From: Neocallimastix sp. 'constans'
Taxonomy: Eukaryota
Assembly (NCBI GenBank): GCA_050613775.1
Contig: JBODTK010000130.1
Coordinates: forward strand, 186,001 to 250,000
DNA length: 64,000 nucleotides
Reading direction: 5' to 3'
Both the position numbers and the translations under genes were made by a program. Positions within the stretch are counted from its first letter, which is position 1. Each line of letters starts with the position of its first letter. This document shows, piece after piece, positions 1 to 14,340 of this stretch. Under the pieces are notes generated by a model. It did no database searches. It had not been told where the DNA came from and saw only the letters and a program-made list of their open reading frames with translations.

Positions 1-2929
1 GTATTAAATTAAATTTAAATTTAAAGGCCATGTTCCAAAATGCAACGTTATGAAATGCAATGGTACGAGGATCGTGCATTTCGCAATATGGCAAATAGAA
101 ATTTTAAAATAAAGCCATACATTTTTAAGATATTCTATACAATCATAAATAAATATATAAATAATTATTATTTTAAAAGAAATAATAATATATTCTATTA
201 AAAAAGAATTATAAAAATTTTTTTTATAAAAAATTATTTTTAGAATTGAATATTAATAAATTATATATTAAAAAATATTTATTATTTATTTAATTATTAT
301 TTATTTAATTTTTAAAATACAAGCCACATATAAAATACGCCAACATTTCTAGTTTTATTTATTTATTTATAAATATTTAAAAAAAAATGTGGTGTCTTAA
401 ATTATGAATTAAATTTATGTTTATAAGCCACGTTCTGAAATGCAATATTTTCATGTTATTAAACAAATATAACATTTCATTTTTTTTTTTTATAATTATA
501 TATTTAAAATATAATTTTTTTTTTTTAAAAAAAAAAAAAAAAGATATAAAACAATTCTCAATATATTAAATAAATTAAATATATATATATAAAATAAAAG
601 AAAAAAAAAAAAAATGGAATTTCCTTCCGTCCTATAAATAGTTCGATAAATTAAAAAAAAAAAAAAAAATATCATTAGTATAATATTTATAATTTATGGA
701 AAATTTTTTTTTTACTGATTAATTGATTTTTTTTTTATTAATATTATTTATTTAGTTTTTTCTTTTTTTAAAAAAAAAAGAAATAAGAAATAAAAATATT
801 TAATCTTTTCACTCAAAGAATTTATAATTTTATTTTATTGATTAATTGAAGTTTATTTTACTATAATATGTTTAGTAAAAAAAAAAAAAAAAATTTTTTT
901 AAAAAAAAACAGAAAAAAAAAAAATTAAAAATAACAGAAAAAAAAAGATTATAATAATTATATATTCTTATAGAAAACTTTAAATGTTATTATTTAATTT
1001 TAGATGATAGCATTGATATTATATTTCAAAACCGTGTAAAAAAAAAAGTATAATAATCGATAAATTATAAATATAAAAGAAATAATAATGATATGAAAAC
1101 AACAATAAGATAAAAATAATGAAATAGAATAAAATCTTATAACTAATTAATAACTTATATAATAAATAATAGGATAGGATAGGGTTAGAAATAAATATAT
1201 AAATATTGTTCTATTGTGACACTTCATGATAATATTGAAAATGATAGTTATATAAATAGAATTAATAGTTAATGAATGAGTTGTATGTACGTATACAATA
1301 TTGTAATAATGATTTAGCTTTTAATACATTTTGTAATAAAAATTTAAAAAATAATTAAAAAAAAAATAAAAAAATTAAAAATCTTCTATTGAATCATTTA
1401 GATATATACTTATATATATATATTTTAAATTTTTATAATTCTCCTAATTTTAATTAAATTAATTTTTATATTCTTTCTTTTTAAAATTATTACTCTTTTG
1501 GTTATTATTACTATTAATAATATTATTTGTTTATAATACTTTTTAATTATCATATTATTATTATTAATAGTACAGATATTATTATTATTTCTTTTTTATT
1601 AATTTTATTTATTTTTTTTTATAATATATATTTACTGATTTCTACATCATTTATCTTAATTATTATTATTTTAATTATGATTCTTTTCAAGATAAAAAAA
1701 AAACTTTTTTTTATTTTAATTTTTTTTATTTTTTATTATTTTTTTTATTATATCTTTATTTTTATTTTTCTGTCATTTCAATTATTTTTTTTTATTGGTG
1801 GTTTAACCATTCAAAAAATTAATATGTCCAAATCAAGTTAAAATTAAAAAAAAAATAATTAAAAAAAGATTTAAAAATTAAAAAAATTAATTTTTTTTTT
1901 TTAAAAATTAAATTAAAACTTTATTTTCTATTTTTTTTTTTTTTTCTTTTTCAATAATTTTAAATAATAACAATTGAAATGAATAATAATAAAAGGATTG
2001 ATGTAATAAATACTCTAATTAAAGTTAAAAAAAAAAAAAAGATTAATATACATGTACATAGCAACATAAAACAATATAACGACATAAAATAACATAAATT
2101 ATAAAATATTATAGTAAAATAAGTAATAAATAAGATAATGAAATAGAAAAAATAAATATTAGAAATTTAAATATGAAGTATTTAATAGAGAGTAAAAATA
2201 AATAAAGCAAATATACGAAATAATAATAAAATATATATATACTTTTAAATGATTTCAATTATCGAATACAGATATTAATAAGCAAAAAAAATCATTTGAT
2301 TATATATATATGTATAAATTATGGATCAATAAATTAATAATTAATGCAATACAATACATTTATTCACTTATTTTCATTACCTTACATTACTATATTTATA
2401 ATAATTATAAAATATTAAATTAATAAATAATTGGTTAATAAATAAATAAATAAATAATAAATAATAATATAAAAAGTATTTATTAATAAATAAATTAAAA
2501 AAATAATAATAAAAATAAATAATAAATAATAAATATATATAAGGAAAAATTATAATGGAAAACTTTTTATAAAGCTATATAGATATATACAAACAATAAT
2601 ACAATAATATAAGATAGTATTATCATAAATATATATATATTATTTATATTATTTATTTTAATTTTTACTTCTATATTTTAATTAGTATATTTATATATAT
2701 ATAAATAAATAAAAAATAAAAATTTAAATTAGAAACAAGATTTATTTATTTAAAGTATTATTAATTTTAATTCTTTCAAAAAAAAAAAAGCTCAAAGAGT
2801 TTGAAATTTAAAGAAAAAGTTAGAACAGAAAAAAGAAAAGGTATATATATACTTAAAATTGATCAATGCTACAAGATTACTTAATCTATATTTTATAAAG
2901 TTTTTGATAATATGAATATTATATATTCT

Positions 2930-3103
2930 TCATTTCTACATTTTAGATTCAACATTTTACGTTCTACATTTTACATTTTACATTTTACATTTTATATTTT
3001 ACATTCTACATTTTACATTCTACATTTTACATTCTATATTTTACATTCTATATTTTTCATTCTATATTTTACATTCTACATTCAATACTCTATATTTTAC
3101 ATT
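2930..3103. repeat. 7-bp minisatellite (CATTTTA/CATTCTA)n
   Basis: Tandem cattttacattctacattttacattcta... is directly visible and explains the spurious ORF 2912..3172. Confidence 0.85.
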
Positions 3104-3113
3104 AAACAAGATC

Positions 3114-3154
<41 letters not shown>

Positions 3155-5585
3155 ATTGATGGTAATCTGTAATATATATATAATTATATTTATAATTATT
3201 AATTAATATTAAATAAATAATAATGTCAATATTGCTATTTAATAATTTGATTTGGTTTATTAATTACTTATACAACTATAAAGTTGTATTTCATATTTAA
3301 ATGTTTCAGCTTTTTAATTAAATAAAAAAAATATAATATATTTATAATATTTTAAAATATTTTATATCAATATATATTAATATATATATGTATATTTTTT
3401 TTTCTTTTTTGATGAATATATATATATATATAATAGTTTATCATATGCAAAAAAAGAAATATTGCTATTTTAATACTTAAAATATACAGAGCAGAGCAAT
3501 TGTATTAACAATAATAATTTAATTATTCTCTTTTTTTTTTTTTTTTTCATATTAATTCTTATTTCTAATTAAATTTCATTATATATATATTTATTAATAG
3601 TTCTTATTAAATTTTTAATCTTTAATTATAATTTTTTTTAACAAAAATCTTTTTTTTTTGTTCTAATTCTCTATGTATAATAAAAAATTTCTTTTTTTTT
3701 TCTTTCTCTTTCTTATTTTTTATAATACCACCTTTAATTTTATTTTATTTTATTTTATTTTTTTTCTTTTATATTTTTAACTTTTATTATTTCAGTTTTC
3801 TTTTTTTAAATTTTATAAAAAAATTTTTAAAAATTTAAATAATTTTAAAAAAATCCTTAATTAGTTGCACAATCATATATTAGAATATATTCAATCATAT
3901 ATTATATTTCAATTGAATCCAATTATTTTTTTAAATAAATTTAAAATTTTTTTAATTTAATTATTAATAAATATTAAAAAATATTAAATAGTTTTTAAAT
4001 TTTAAAATGATTTAAATTATAATTAATTTATATATTATTCAAATATATTATTAATAGACTAGAATATATAAAAAAATCAAATTAATGAAAGTTGAAAGAA
4101 TTTTTCATATATAAAAATTCAATAGATTCAATAGAAATGGAATAGAATAAAGCATAGATTGGTGATAAATCGAATATACGGTCATAAATATAAATAAATA
4201 TATTAATTTCTATTGTTTTTTGATTTTTTTTTTATCTTTTAATTAAAATTCAAAAAAAAAAAATTTTTTTTATTTAATTCTTTTTATTAATTAATCTTAA
4301 TTTAAATGTATTAAATGAATGAATGAATAAATAAATATTATATGAACTATGTATATATATTATAAAAGTTATATAAAAAAAGTTTTAACAATAATAATAA
4401 TAAATAATATAAATTATTAATTAAGAAAAGGATTTATTATTAAAATTTTATTATTAAATTATAATTAATAATAATTTCCAAATGAGTATATTCAATTTTC
4501 TATGTAATTAATACTTTTTTATTTCATAGAGTAATTTAATTATGATTAACTGAAAGGAATATGATTTAATGTATGATTAATTATAATTATTTACTATATA
4601 ATAAAATTATTATTGACAAATACATATTATTAACTATTTAATAATAAATTTGTAGAAAGTGATTATTAAATAGCTAATATTATTTAATAAAAAAAAAAAG
4701 TGATTAATTAATTATTATTACTTATTACATATTATTTTAACATTGTTATACTAATATTGCATATTAAATATTTCATATTAAAATTTAAATATACATATAA
4801 TTTTAATTATTTTTTTTTATTTTTAATTAAGTTGGTTTATAATAAGTTTAAATTTTTTTTTTTTAAAAAAAAGGGAAAAAAGAAGAAAAATAGTCGAGAT
4901 ATATAAATAAATGAATAAATAAATGAATATATGAATTCAATATTAATTAAAGTAAATAATTAATAAATAAAATATTTATTTATTTTTATATATATATTTT
5001 TTATTTTTTTTTAACATAATTTTTTTTTCTACTTTAATTTAGATATAAAAGTTAAATTAATTTTAAATTAAAAAAAAAAAAAAGATAAAGAAATTTATTT
5101 ATTATATAAATATATTTAAAAAGAACGAAACTTTTTTTTTTTTTTTTTTTTTTTTTCTTTTTTTTATATTTTAGTAAACTATTTTTTTATAAAGTTTAAA
5201 CTTTTATCTCTGTTTATAGAAAAGACTTTTTATATCTATTAAGTCGAAGAAATATTTTTTTTTCTTTAAAAAAAAAAAAAAAAAAAAGAATTGAAACAAA
5301 TACATTTATATATAAAAACTTTTTAAATATATATTTTTTTTAATTCGGTATATATTATTCATTTTATTTCTTTAATTAATTATATAACAAAAAAAAAGTC
5401 ATAGTATAACAATAGTATATTACAAATAATATAAAAATAAAATAGTATTTATAGAACAAAACAATTATAAAAACAAAAATGATTTATGGTATTCAATTTA
5501 AAACTAAAATATATTTAAAATAATAATTATATATATATATACTTTTATTGTTAATAAAATAGCAATATATATATAATAATACAAA

Positions 5586-6679
5586 ATGACTAAGGGTAAC
5601 AAGAATTTACAACCAGTTCTTGTAAGATTTTATTATGGATAACTTATATTTGAAATATATATGTATTATTATGTATTATTATTAAATTTTATAAACTAAT
5701 GTTATATATATTTATTTTTTTAATATATATTTATTATAAAACATAAACAATATTATAAAATATAATATAGTTCCGGTAAATATTATGATAAAATATTATT
5801 ATTTATATATATATATATATTAAAAATTGTAATAAATTTTTATATAAAAATAATGGTATTAATAATGATTCATAACTAATAAAAATAACCCTTTTTATAT
5901 TATATTATATTATTTTTTTTATTTTTAATATATTTCTTTATTAAAAATAGTTGGAAGTTCGGTGGAAAGAAAGTTTTCTTAACTGGTACTTTTGATAACT
6001 GGCAAGCCTCTGTTCCAATGATGCAAGATCCAGAAGGTTTTTTTTTTTTTTTTTTTTTTTTAAAATTAAAAAAAAATAACTTATAAAATAAATTTTTTAT
6101 ATTTAAATTATTTTATTAAATAAAGAAACTAATAATATATTTTATTTATATAAAAAAAATCAATTAGCTCCAGAAGAACATATTGCTACTTTATACCTCG
6201 ACAGATCTAAGGCTCATGAATTCAAATTTATTGTTGATGGAACTTGGTAAATACTTTTTTATTTTATAATCTTTTCTATTTTTTTTAAAATTTTTTTTTA
6301 TATTGATATGATCTTTAATTTTTTTTTTATTTATATACATGATATTAATATTGTTATATTTATAATATTTTAAATAATGGCAACTTTGAAGGAGATTATC
6401 TGCCGATTTTGATACTACTGATGATCACTCTGGTAACTTCAATAATATCTTACATCCATTACCACCACAATTGTTACAAACTGGCGTAAGTAGTTTATTA
6501 TAATTATTTGAATAATACTTTTTATTTTTAATATATTTTATTGGTGATAATAATCTAATTAATTGTCTTAAATTATTTTTATTTTTTTTATTATTTATGA
6601 AATATATTTATATTTATATTTATATAATAAATAGTTTTCTAACTCAAAGATGTACTCTGGTATTCCAAACAGAAGATAA
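5586..6679 (+). CDS. Stand-alone CBM48 / AMPK-beta-type glycogen-binding domain protein, 114 aa, 6 exons (5586-5621, 5771-5775, 5951-6036, 6168-6246, 6392-6485, 6635-6679)
   Basis: Manual splicing at GT..AG gives MTKGNKNLQPVLFRWKFGGKKVFLTGTFDNWQASVPMMQDPEAPEEHIATLYLDRSKAHEFKFIVDGTWRLSADFDTTDDHSGNFNNILHPLPPQLLQTGFSNSKMYSGIPNRR*. This matches the CBM48 pattern FRWxxGGxxVxLxGxFxNW...FxVDGxW...GNxNN, and all exon phases are consistent. Confidence 0.9.
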
Positions 6680-8275
6680 ATTATTAAATTTATCTTTTTA
6701 TTAGAAAACAAAAATTATTTTTTTAATCATTTATTATTTTTTTCAAAATTAAATGAAATGATATTATTAAAAAAAAAAATGAAAAGAAATAAAATAGTGT
6801 TTAAAAACCTATATATATCTAATTAATTTTAATAACTATTGATTTCTTATTTCATTTTTTTTCTTAAAACAAAAAAAACCTTACCTTTTAAAAAAGTTCT
6901 TTTTATTAAATAGCAAATAATAATAATTATTTATTAGTAATGGTAATATTATTAATTTTTTTTATAAAAAAATACCTTTACCCTAATTTTATTATGTATT
7001 TTTTTTAAAAAACTATATAATATTTATTATATTCCTGTTATTAATAAATAAAAAAAAATAAACAAAAGAAAAAAAATAACTTTTTGTTTCTATAAAAAAA
7101 ATAAGTTTTTATTTTTAATAGTAATTAATATAATTTAATAATAATGAAGCAAAAATAAACTGAACTAAAAAATAATAAAAATTCCCATAGTTTATTTTTA
7201 TACCTTTTTTAAATTTATATATAATTATTAAAAAAAATAATGAAACTAATTTTTTTATTGTTAATTTAATATTATTTATAACTTTTTTTTCTTATTCATA
7301 ATTATCTAATTTATTTAACATTGGTAAAAATAAATAAATTCATATATTTGTAAAAAGGAAAAGGTTAAAAAAAATGAAAAAAAAGTATAAAGGAAAAAAA
7401 AATATAAAATAAATTTATATATTTATTTCATTTTTTTTATATAATAATAACCATGAATTCCTTTTTTTTATATTATATATATATATATTTAAAAAAAGTT
7501 ATACTATTAGAGAAAAGAATTTTATGGAACAATTATTATTTTATTATTTTATTTTAAATTTTGTATATAACTTAATTTCAATTCACCCCTTTATATTTTA
7601 TTTAATTTTTTTCCAAAAAAAATTTTTTTTTTATTTTTAAAATTTAACCTTTTCCTTCATTATATTCATTTTTATTATGTTTCTTATTAATAATTTACCA
7701 TTTTAATAAATAATTAGAAAATTGAAAAAAGAGTTATTAAAAAATTTTATTAATAATATTTATTAAATAGAAACAAAAAAACTTTTTTATTTTTCTTTTT
7801 TCTTTTCTTTTCTTTTTTTTTTGGTTTTTATTATTAAAAAAATATAATAATCAAAAAAAAAAAAAAAAAAAGAAAGAAAGAAAAGAATTTAAATAAAATT
7901 AAAAATGGAACTTGTCTTTTTTATCAGAGAAAAAAAAAACTTCAAAATATTAAATTACAAAAAAAAACAAAAAACAAAAAACATAATACCAAGGAATTAC
8001 AAAATATTAAAATTACAAGAAAAATAAATAAAAAAACAATATAATAAAAATCAATAAAGAGGTCTTTTCTTCATTAAAGAAAAAAAATGAACAAAGCACA
8101 GCAAACAAATAGGCAATAAAAAAAACATAATTAATAATTACATAAAATAAAAATAATCAATTATAATAAATAGCACTACAATTTAAAATTTTTTTAAATT
8201 AAAAAAATTAAATTGCAATTAAAATTAATATATTATAAAAAAAAATAAATATAAATTCAAAGATTTAAAAATTAA

Positions 8276-8311
<36 letters not shown>

Positions 8312-8647
8312 AATAAATAAAAAAATAAAAAAAAAATTAAAATTAACATTTCATATAAAAATATATGAGATATACATATTTTTTTGATATTTAATTAAAT
8401 TATAAAATATGCATATACTTATATGATTATTTTATTATGATATTTTTCCATTTTTTTTTGTTTCTTTTTTCTAAAAAAAAAAACAACATTTTATTGGTTT
8501 ATTATTTATTTTTGTTTAAATTATGTAAAAGTTATATTAATAATAGTTAGTTTGAATTTTTTTTAAATTAATTTTTCGTTTTTTCGAGGATTTTTTATTA
8601 AATATTATTTAATTTATATATTTAATTTTTATATATGCTTTATATTA

Positions 8648-8897
8648 TTTTTGATGAATCTTTATCATTGAAACATATACAATCCAAATTAAACAAGTAA
8701 TTTAAATGTCAAGTTAAATTCGTACTTTCGATTTCTTATTAATAAATATATTCCTCTCCCATTGAAGAAATATGTTTAATTTCCTTTATTCTTTGCTTTG
8801 TTTTATATTATGCTCCTCTCTTTGGTTCAAATAAGAGCAGATGCTCTAAAGCTCAAAAAAAAAAATTATTAATAGAGGATTTTATTGGAGTTATGGA
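8648..8897 (+). mobile_element. Short LINE fragment, near-copy of 11174-11417
   Basis: ttttgatgaatctttatc...ggttcaaataagagcagatg...tttattggagttatgga is nearly identical to the internal segment of the downstream LINE. Confidence 0.9.
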
Positions 8898-9013
8898 CCC
8901 CCAGTGATCCCCAATGATGTGGATTGTTTTTCCAGGTCCATGGATGATTGATGGAAAAGGAATAGCCTATATCAGATGTATTAATTGCAGCTTTTTGTGA
9001 TTCTGATGATAAT
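8895..9013. repeat. ~110-bp sequence duplicated at 12606-12713
   Basis: ccccaatgatgtggattgtttttccaggtccatggatg...ctgatgataat occurs in both places with a few substitutions. Confidence 0.9.
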
Positions 9014-9839
9014 CAATGATTATCCTTTCTAAAGTAGTTTCTAGTACGAAGAGAGAAAACTTGAATACTGGAAGACTGTAGAAAGTGAACCTGATGCTTT
9101 ATATTGTTTTAAACTGGATATGTAGTAACATTGGTGTTATATAATTAATAATATCATGTAGTTTCTATATATTATCATTGTTATGAATCTATTGTATTTT
9201 TTTTACTTTAGCATTATTTTGTATATGTATTTTTCTTTAGTATTATTTATACTTTCATGTAGTTATTGTAAAATGGAAATGTAGGAGATTGATTCACTTC
9301 AAAGCTTGTGTTCAAGACATTATTTAACTGATGGGAATCTTTTTTATAGTCTTTCTCTACTAGTATTTTTTTCTTTTTTAAATATACTTTTAGCTAATTT
9401 ATGATTATTCAACAGAAAATTTTTAACGTCTTAAAGAGTTTTATTAATTGAAAGAATTACAATCAGTCAAAAGATAAAAAGAAACGATTATTCATTTTAA
9501 CAGTATAATACAAGTAGTTTTGTATCATTAAATTTCTAACCCTTATGTAAATTATAAATAATATAACAGCAATACTGGATAAAATCATTTATTTACAAAA
9601 TCAAAAAACTATAAAATCATCAAGAACAACTATATAATTCAAGCTTTCATGTATTCAACACTAATATTTTTTTATATACTATTTAAAGGGAATTTACTTT
9701 CTCCTTTATTTTTTATTTTTATTTTATTATATATTTTAAAAAAAAAAAAAAAAAATTTTTTTTATCTTTTTTTATTATTATTATTATTATTTTATTTTAT
9801 ACTTCCACTTATTATCTAAATATTTTATATATTCTTACT

Positions 9840-12605
9840 CGATGCCTTACTATCTATAAAATTAATTGAATCAAAATCAACGAAATTCGAACTTTCAGTT
9901 ATGTTAAGAAATTCAATAATAAATTTTCTTCTTTTGAAACTAAATCAATGGTGAAAGATTTTCTATATAGTTGTATTTACTCACCGTCTACTCAGTTTTT
10001 TAATCTTTTTGTGTCAGTTGGAACATTAATGGATGGAATGATGAAAAAGTGATGGTATTCAATACTTTAATGAAATTTTTAAACTTATCTGTATTTGCTT
10101 ACAAGGGGTCGGTAATAGCCAATACCTTAATGTACTTTCAAATAATTACCCATTTCTTTGTCACTATAATAACAATTTTACGAAAAGCCAATCCAAATTT
10201 ACCTGGTATGAGAGGTCTTAGTATAAGTGTACATCGTTCTTGTTCATTTTCTCCAGATCCTTATGAATATAAGTATATCATTTCTGCCAGTATTACCTCT
10301 TTTTGGGGAATTAAATGCACTATTGGTAATATTTATGTTCCTACGGTCATTCATAAGGAAAAAAGAACGAATTCCTTTTCAGAAATTACTAAATGGATAA
10401 AGAAACATACTAATACACCTTCTATTCTTGTAGGTAACTTTAATATGTCTAAATCCCAATTAGAAAGTTTACTTAATAAATCTTCTCATCAGTGGTTCAC
10501 TAAAAACTTATCGGGTCTCGATTTCACATGGGCTTGGGATGGTAGATCGTCTTGTATTGATCATGTTTTATTTAATTGTAAAATGAAGGAATACATTAAT
10601 AAGGTATCTATTTGTAGTACATTCAATGATATATCTGACCACTTCCCTCTTATCCTTTCCTGTAAGAAAGATGACTCAGAAGGTTTTCGTGCTCCTACTC
10701 CTTCTAGAAGATTCAAGTGGTCCCAACACATGTGTAATGAAAAGCATAATGAAATATTCTCAAGTAACTACTTGAGAATATTTTTTTATGGTAATCTCTC
10801 AGAAGAATTTTCGATTAATCGTGGTGTTAGACAAGGATGCCCTCTATCTCCTATTTTATTCAATTTGTTCATTAATGATGTACTGGATAATTGTGATAAG
10901 TATGGTGTATATTTAGATTCTCAATATTGTTGTGGTGGACTTTTTGCGGATGATATTGTTTTAGTTGCACCATATAAACAAGCTTAATAAAATTTTGAAT
11001 AAGGTTCATGAATGGGCTATTAAAAATGAAATGACTTTTGGAATTAATAAGTGTGCTACTCTTTTTATAAAACCGATTAACTTTGTTAAACCGATAAATT
11101 ACGAAGATCAATCTTTCTTTATTGGTAGTAACAAATTACCTAAAACTGACAACTATACTTATCTTGGTATTCCTTTTGATGAATCTTTATCGTTGAAACC
11201 TATATAATCCAAATTAAACAGTAATTTAAATGTCAAATTAAATTCGTACTTTCAATTTCTTATTAATAAATCTATTCCTCTCCCATTGAAGAAATATGTT
11301 TTAATTTCGTTTATTCTTAGTCTTGTTATTTATTATGCTCCTTTCTTTGGTTCAAATAAGAGCAGATGTTCTAAAGCTCAAAAAATTATTAATAGAGGAT
11401 TTTATTGGAGTTATGGATTTAAATCTCGTAATTCTTATGTTAGTCTCTATGATATTACTCGTGAATTGAGAATGCCTCCTCTTTCAGCTATCTGTGCCAT
11501 ATCTCAATTACGATGCTTTATAAAATGGAAAAAACTCATCATGTATTATTAATCATCTCACTAATAATATTCCCACTATGTCACATTATTCATGGACTAA
11601 AGACTCAAGGACTTTGGATAAGAAATTAAATGGTAAAAAAACAAATGAAATAAAAAAGTTTTATTGGGAAAGAGATGTCTTCAAACCTTCAAAAGTTAAA
11701 AAAGTAATTATTTACAAGGAGAATGATTTTGGATTTATTTCAGAAATCAAAAACTTAACATTTCAATATCCTAAGTATCAATTGGGATTCTTTTGGATTT
11801 CTCGAAGTAGTGTTGTGGTTTTAAATATGACATGAGTATTTCCATTAAAAGAAAAATCGTCTCAGAAGATGGCCCTAAATGTTGCCCATGTTGTGGTGTT
11901 AGTGTAGCTAGCTTTTCTCACTGGATCTTTGCCTGTAAAGAATTGGAAAATTACAGAAATAAATCTTTACCTTTTCTAGATGATCTCTTTTTTGAAGTTT
12001 TCAATGATAATTGAACAAAAGTCCTTGGATGTTTCTTTAGATTCAGAAAAGGATTATGATAATAATATTTATTATTATATATTGAGTGCTCTTCTTGGTG
12101 GGCGTTCAATATATTCAAAAATTAAAGTATGGGGAACAAAGACAATTAATTGACAATATTTTTAAACAAAGTTCAACTTCGTCAACTGTTCCGTATTTTG
12201 TGGGGATTGCGTAGTTTTTAACAAAAGTAATACCATTAATTTGTCGATCTTTTAGTTTGATGATAAAATGATATTCAGTTGAATCTACCGTTACCAAGAG
12301 CGTCGACGTCGAAATGATAAGGCATGAATTTTCACCTCCCGGTGAAATGACAGATACAGATTCGTTAGATAGCACTAATACTGAAATTATTACTCGCAAT
12401 AATGGACGTGGTTTTATCATCGATGAATGGGAAAAGTTAGAGGCTATTGCTTCTAATGCACTTTTATAATTTCATAATATATAATATTTAATTTCATATG
12501 TTTTATTTGTTATTTTTCATTTAAATCATGCAAATTTATTGTTATTATGAATTAAATAAAGTTTTTTATAAGTCTAGAAAAAAAAAAAAAAAAAAAAAAA
12601 AAAAA
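9840..12605 (+). mobile_element. Decayed non-LTR retrotransposon (APE endonuclease - RT - CCHC) with poly-A tail; internally deleted and frameshifted
   Basis: APE motifs SWNING (~10015), ILVGNFN, SCIDHVLF and SDHFPL; RT motifs GVRQGCPLSPILFN, LFADD and YTYLG; zinc knuckle CPCCG..HWIFAC; AATAAA followed by poly-A at 12578-12605. The 5' limit is approximate. Confidence 0.92.
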
Positions 12606-12713
12606 GGACCCCAATGATGTGGATTGTTTTTCCAGGTCCATGGATGGTTGATGGAAAAGGAATAACCTATATCAGGTGTACTAATTACAGCTTTCTGTGA
12701 TTCTGATGATAAT

Positions 12714-14340
12714 ATTAAAATCGGTTAAAGAAGAAAACCATGTTGACACTCTTGATTATGAAGAAATATGTCAACTTACTAAAGGAAATATTAACTTAGT
12801 AGAAGAAACCAAACATTCTGAAGAACACGTCAATACAGAAAAGAATTTATTTAATATTTATAATAAAGAAGAAACAACAGAGTGATTATATGATTGTGGA
12901 GCGTGCAAACATATCACTAACAATAAAAACTTATTGACTAATTATACAAAAAGTCCCAGCGAACTTTCATATGCAAATGGTTCGAAGTTTAGCTACGAAG
13001 GTTTTGGAGAATACGAATTTCAAATAAATGATAACGAACATTAAATTAACATGTGTTATATTCTCCAGATAAAGGAAAATTTAACTCCAATACAAACAAA
13101 GGAATATTTCTTTCGATGAACAATATTATAGTATCTTTATCATGGATTATAAAAATTTCAAAATATAACGTGTAAGAGAAATTCAATGCATAGAAGACGA
13201 ACCGGCTAATATCTCACTTTCTGAAAATATAACAAATGATTTATCCAACAACAACTTCCTTAAATTTAATTTCATCAACAATACTCAGTTAACAAACAGT
13301 AATAATTTAATTAGTACAGTATATAATAATGATTAAGTGATGTAAATAATTTATTTCAAAAATTAAATTTAAACAGAAAAACCGATGAAAATAAGATGGA
13401 AATTGATCCTGATTTTTCTAACAAAAATAAATATAAGCCTGACTATTACAATCCCAATTCAATAAAAGACTACCAAAATACTAATGATAACCATAATATT
13501 TACAGTAATTTAAATAACAATTTCTATAAAAATTACTACGATAAAAACAATCATTATTTTGCAAAAAATAATAATTTCAAGTTTGATCAAACTAAAATTT
13601 TTTTAATAATAAAATTTTTCAAAAAATGAGCAAAAAATAAAAAATTATAATAATATAAATTATAATAATATAAATCAAACCTTATTTAATAATAATCTAA
13701 TAAAAATAATCCAGAACAAAATTAAATCTTGGTTAATAATAATAATTTAAATAAAAATAATTCTGAACAAAATTAAACCTTATTTAATAATAAATTGAAT
13801 AAAAATTATTATGAGCAAAATCAAACCTTATTTAATAATAATTTTAATCCAAATAATTCTGAAAGAACTCAAACAAAACATAATAAAATTCTCATTAATA
13901 ATAATTTTATATAAAGAAAAATCATCATGATAATAATAAACATATTACAAAGAGTTAAAATAATAAATATATCAAAATCCCAGTATCAATATCAACTAAT
14001 ATTCCAATGACATATAATGAGGCCATTAACTGTAAAAATAAGGAATATTGGAAGAATGCCATTAATAATGAACTTAACAACTTATATGACAATAAAATAA
14101 TGATTTATATTTAAAATATTCCAAAATGACAAAACGTAATTTCTACCATGTGGGTATTCACTACCAAAACTGATGAAGACAACAATATAATTAAATATAT
14201 GGCAAGATTGGTGGCAAGAGGATTTAGTCAAAAGGAGGGAATAGACTTTGACCTTGCATACTTCATTAAATCTTGACTGTATTAAATTAATTCTTTTTAT
14301 TGCTGCAAAGTTCAAATGGAATGTACAACAATTAGATTTA
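12714..14340 (+). mobile_element. Degenerate Ty1/copia LTR-retrotransposon pol remnant (protease, integrase C-terminus, N-rich linker, RT start)
   Basis: Copia protease *LYDCGACKHITNNKNLL and YANGSKFSYEGFG (~12880-13020); RT N-terminus IPMTYNEAINC, WKNAINNEL, WVFTTKTDEDNNIIKYMARLVARGFSQKEGIDF and FKWNVQQLD (13999-14337); many stops and frameshifts; no LTRs recognised. Confidence 0.88.

Noticed and set aside
1527..3172. ORFs 1527..1841 and 2912..3172
   Set aside because: F/I/Y low-complexity translations of AT-rich DNA and a 7-bp minisatellite.
5586..6679. Calling this the AMPK/SNF1 beta subunit
   Set aside because: It stops right after the CBM, with no alpha/gamma-binding domain.
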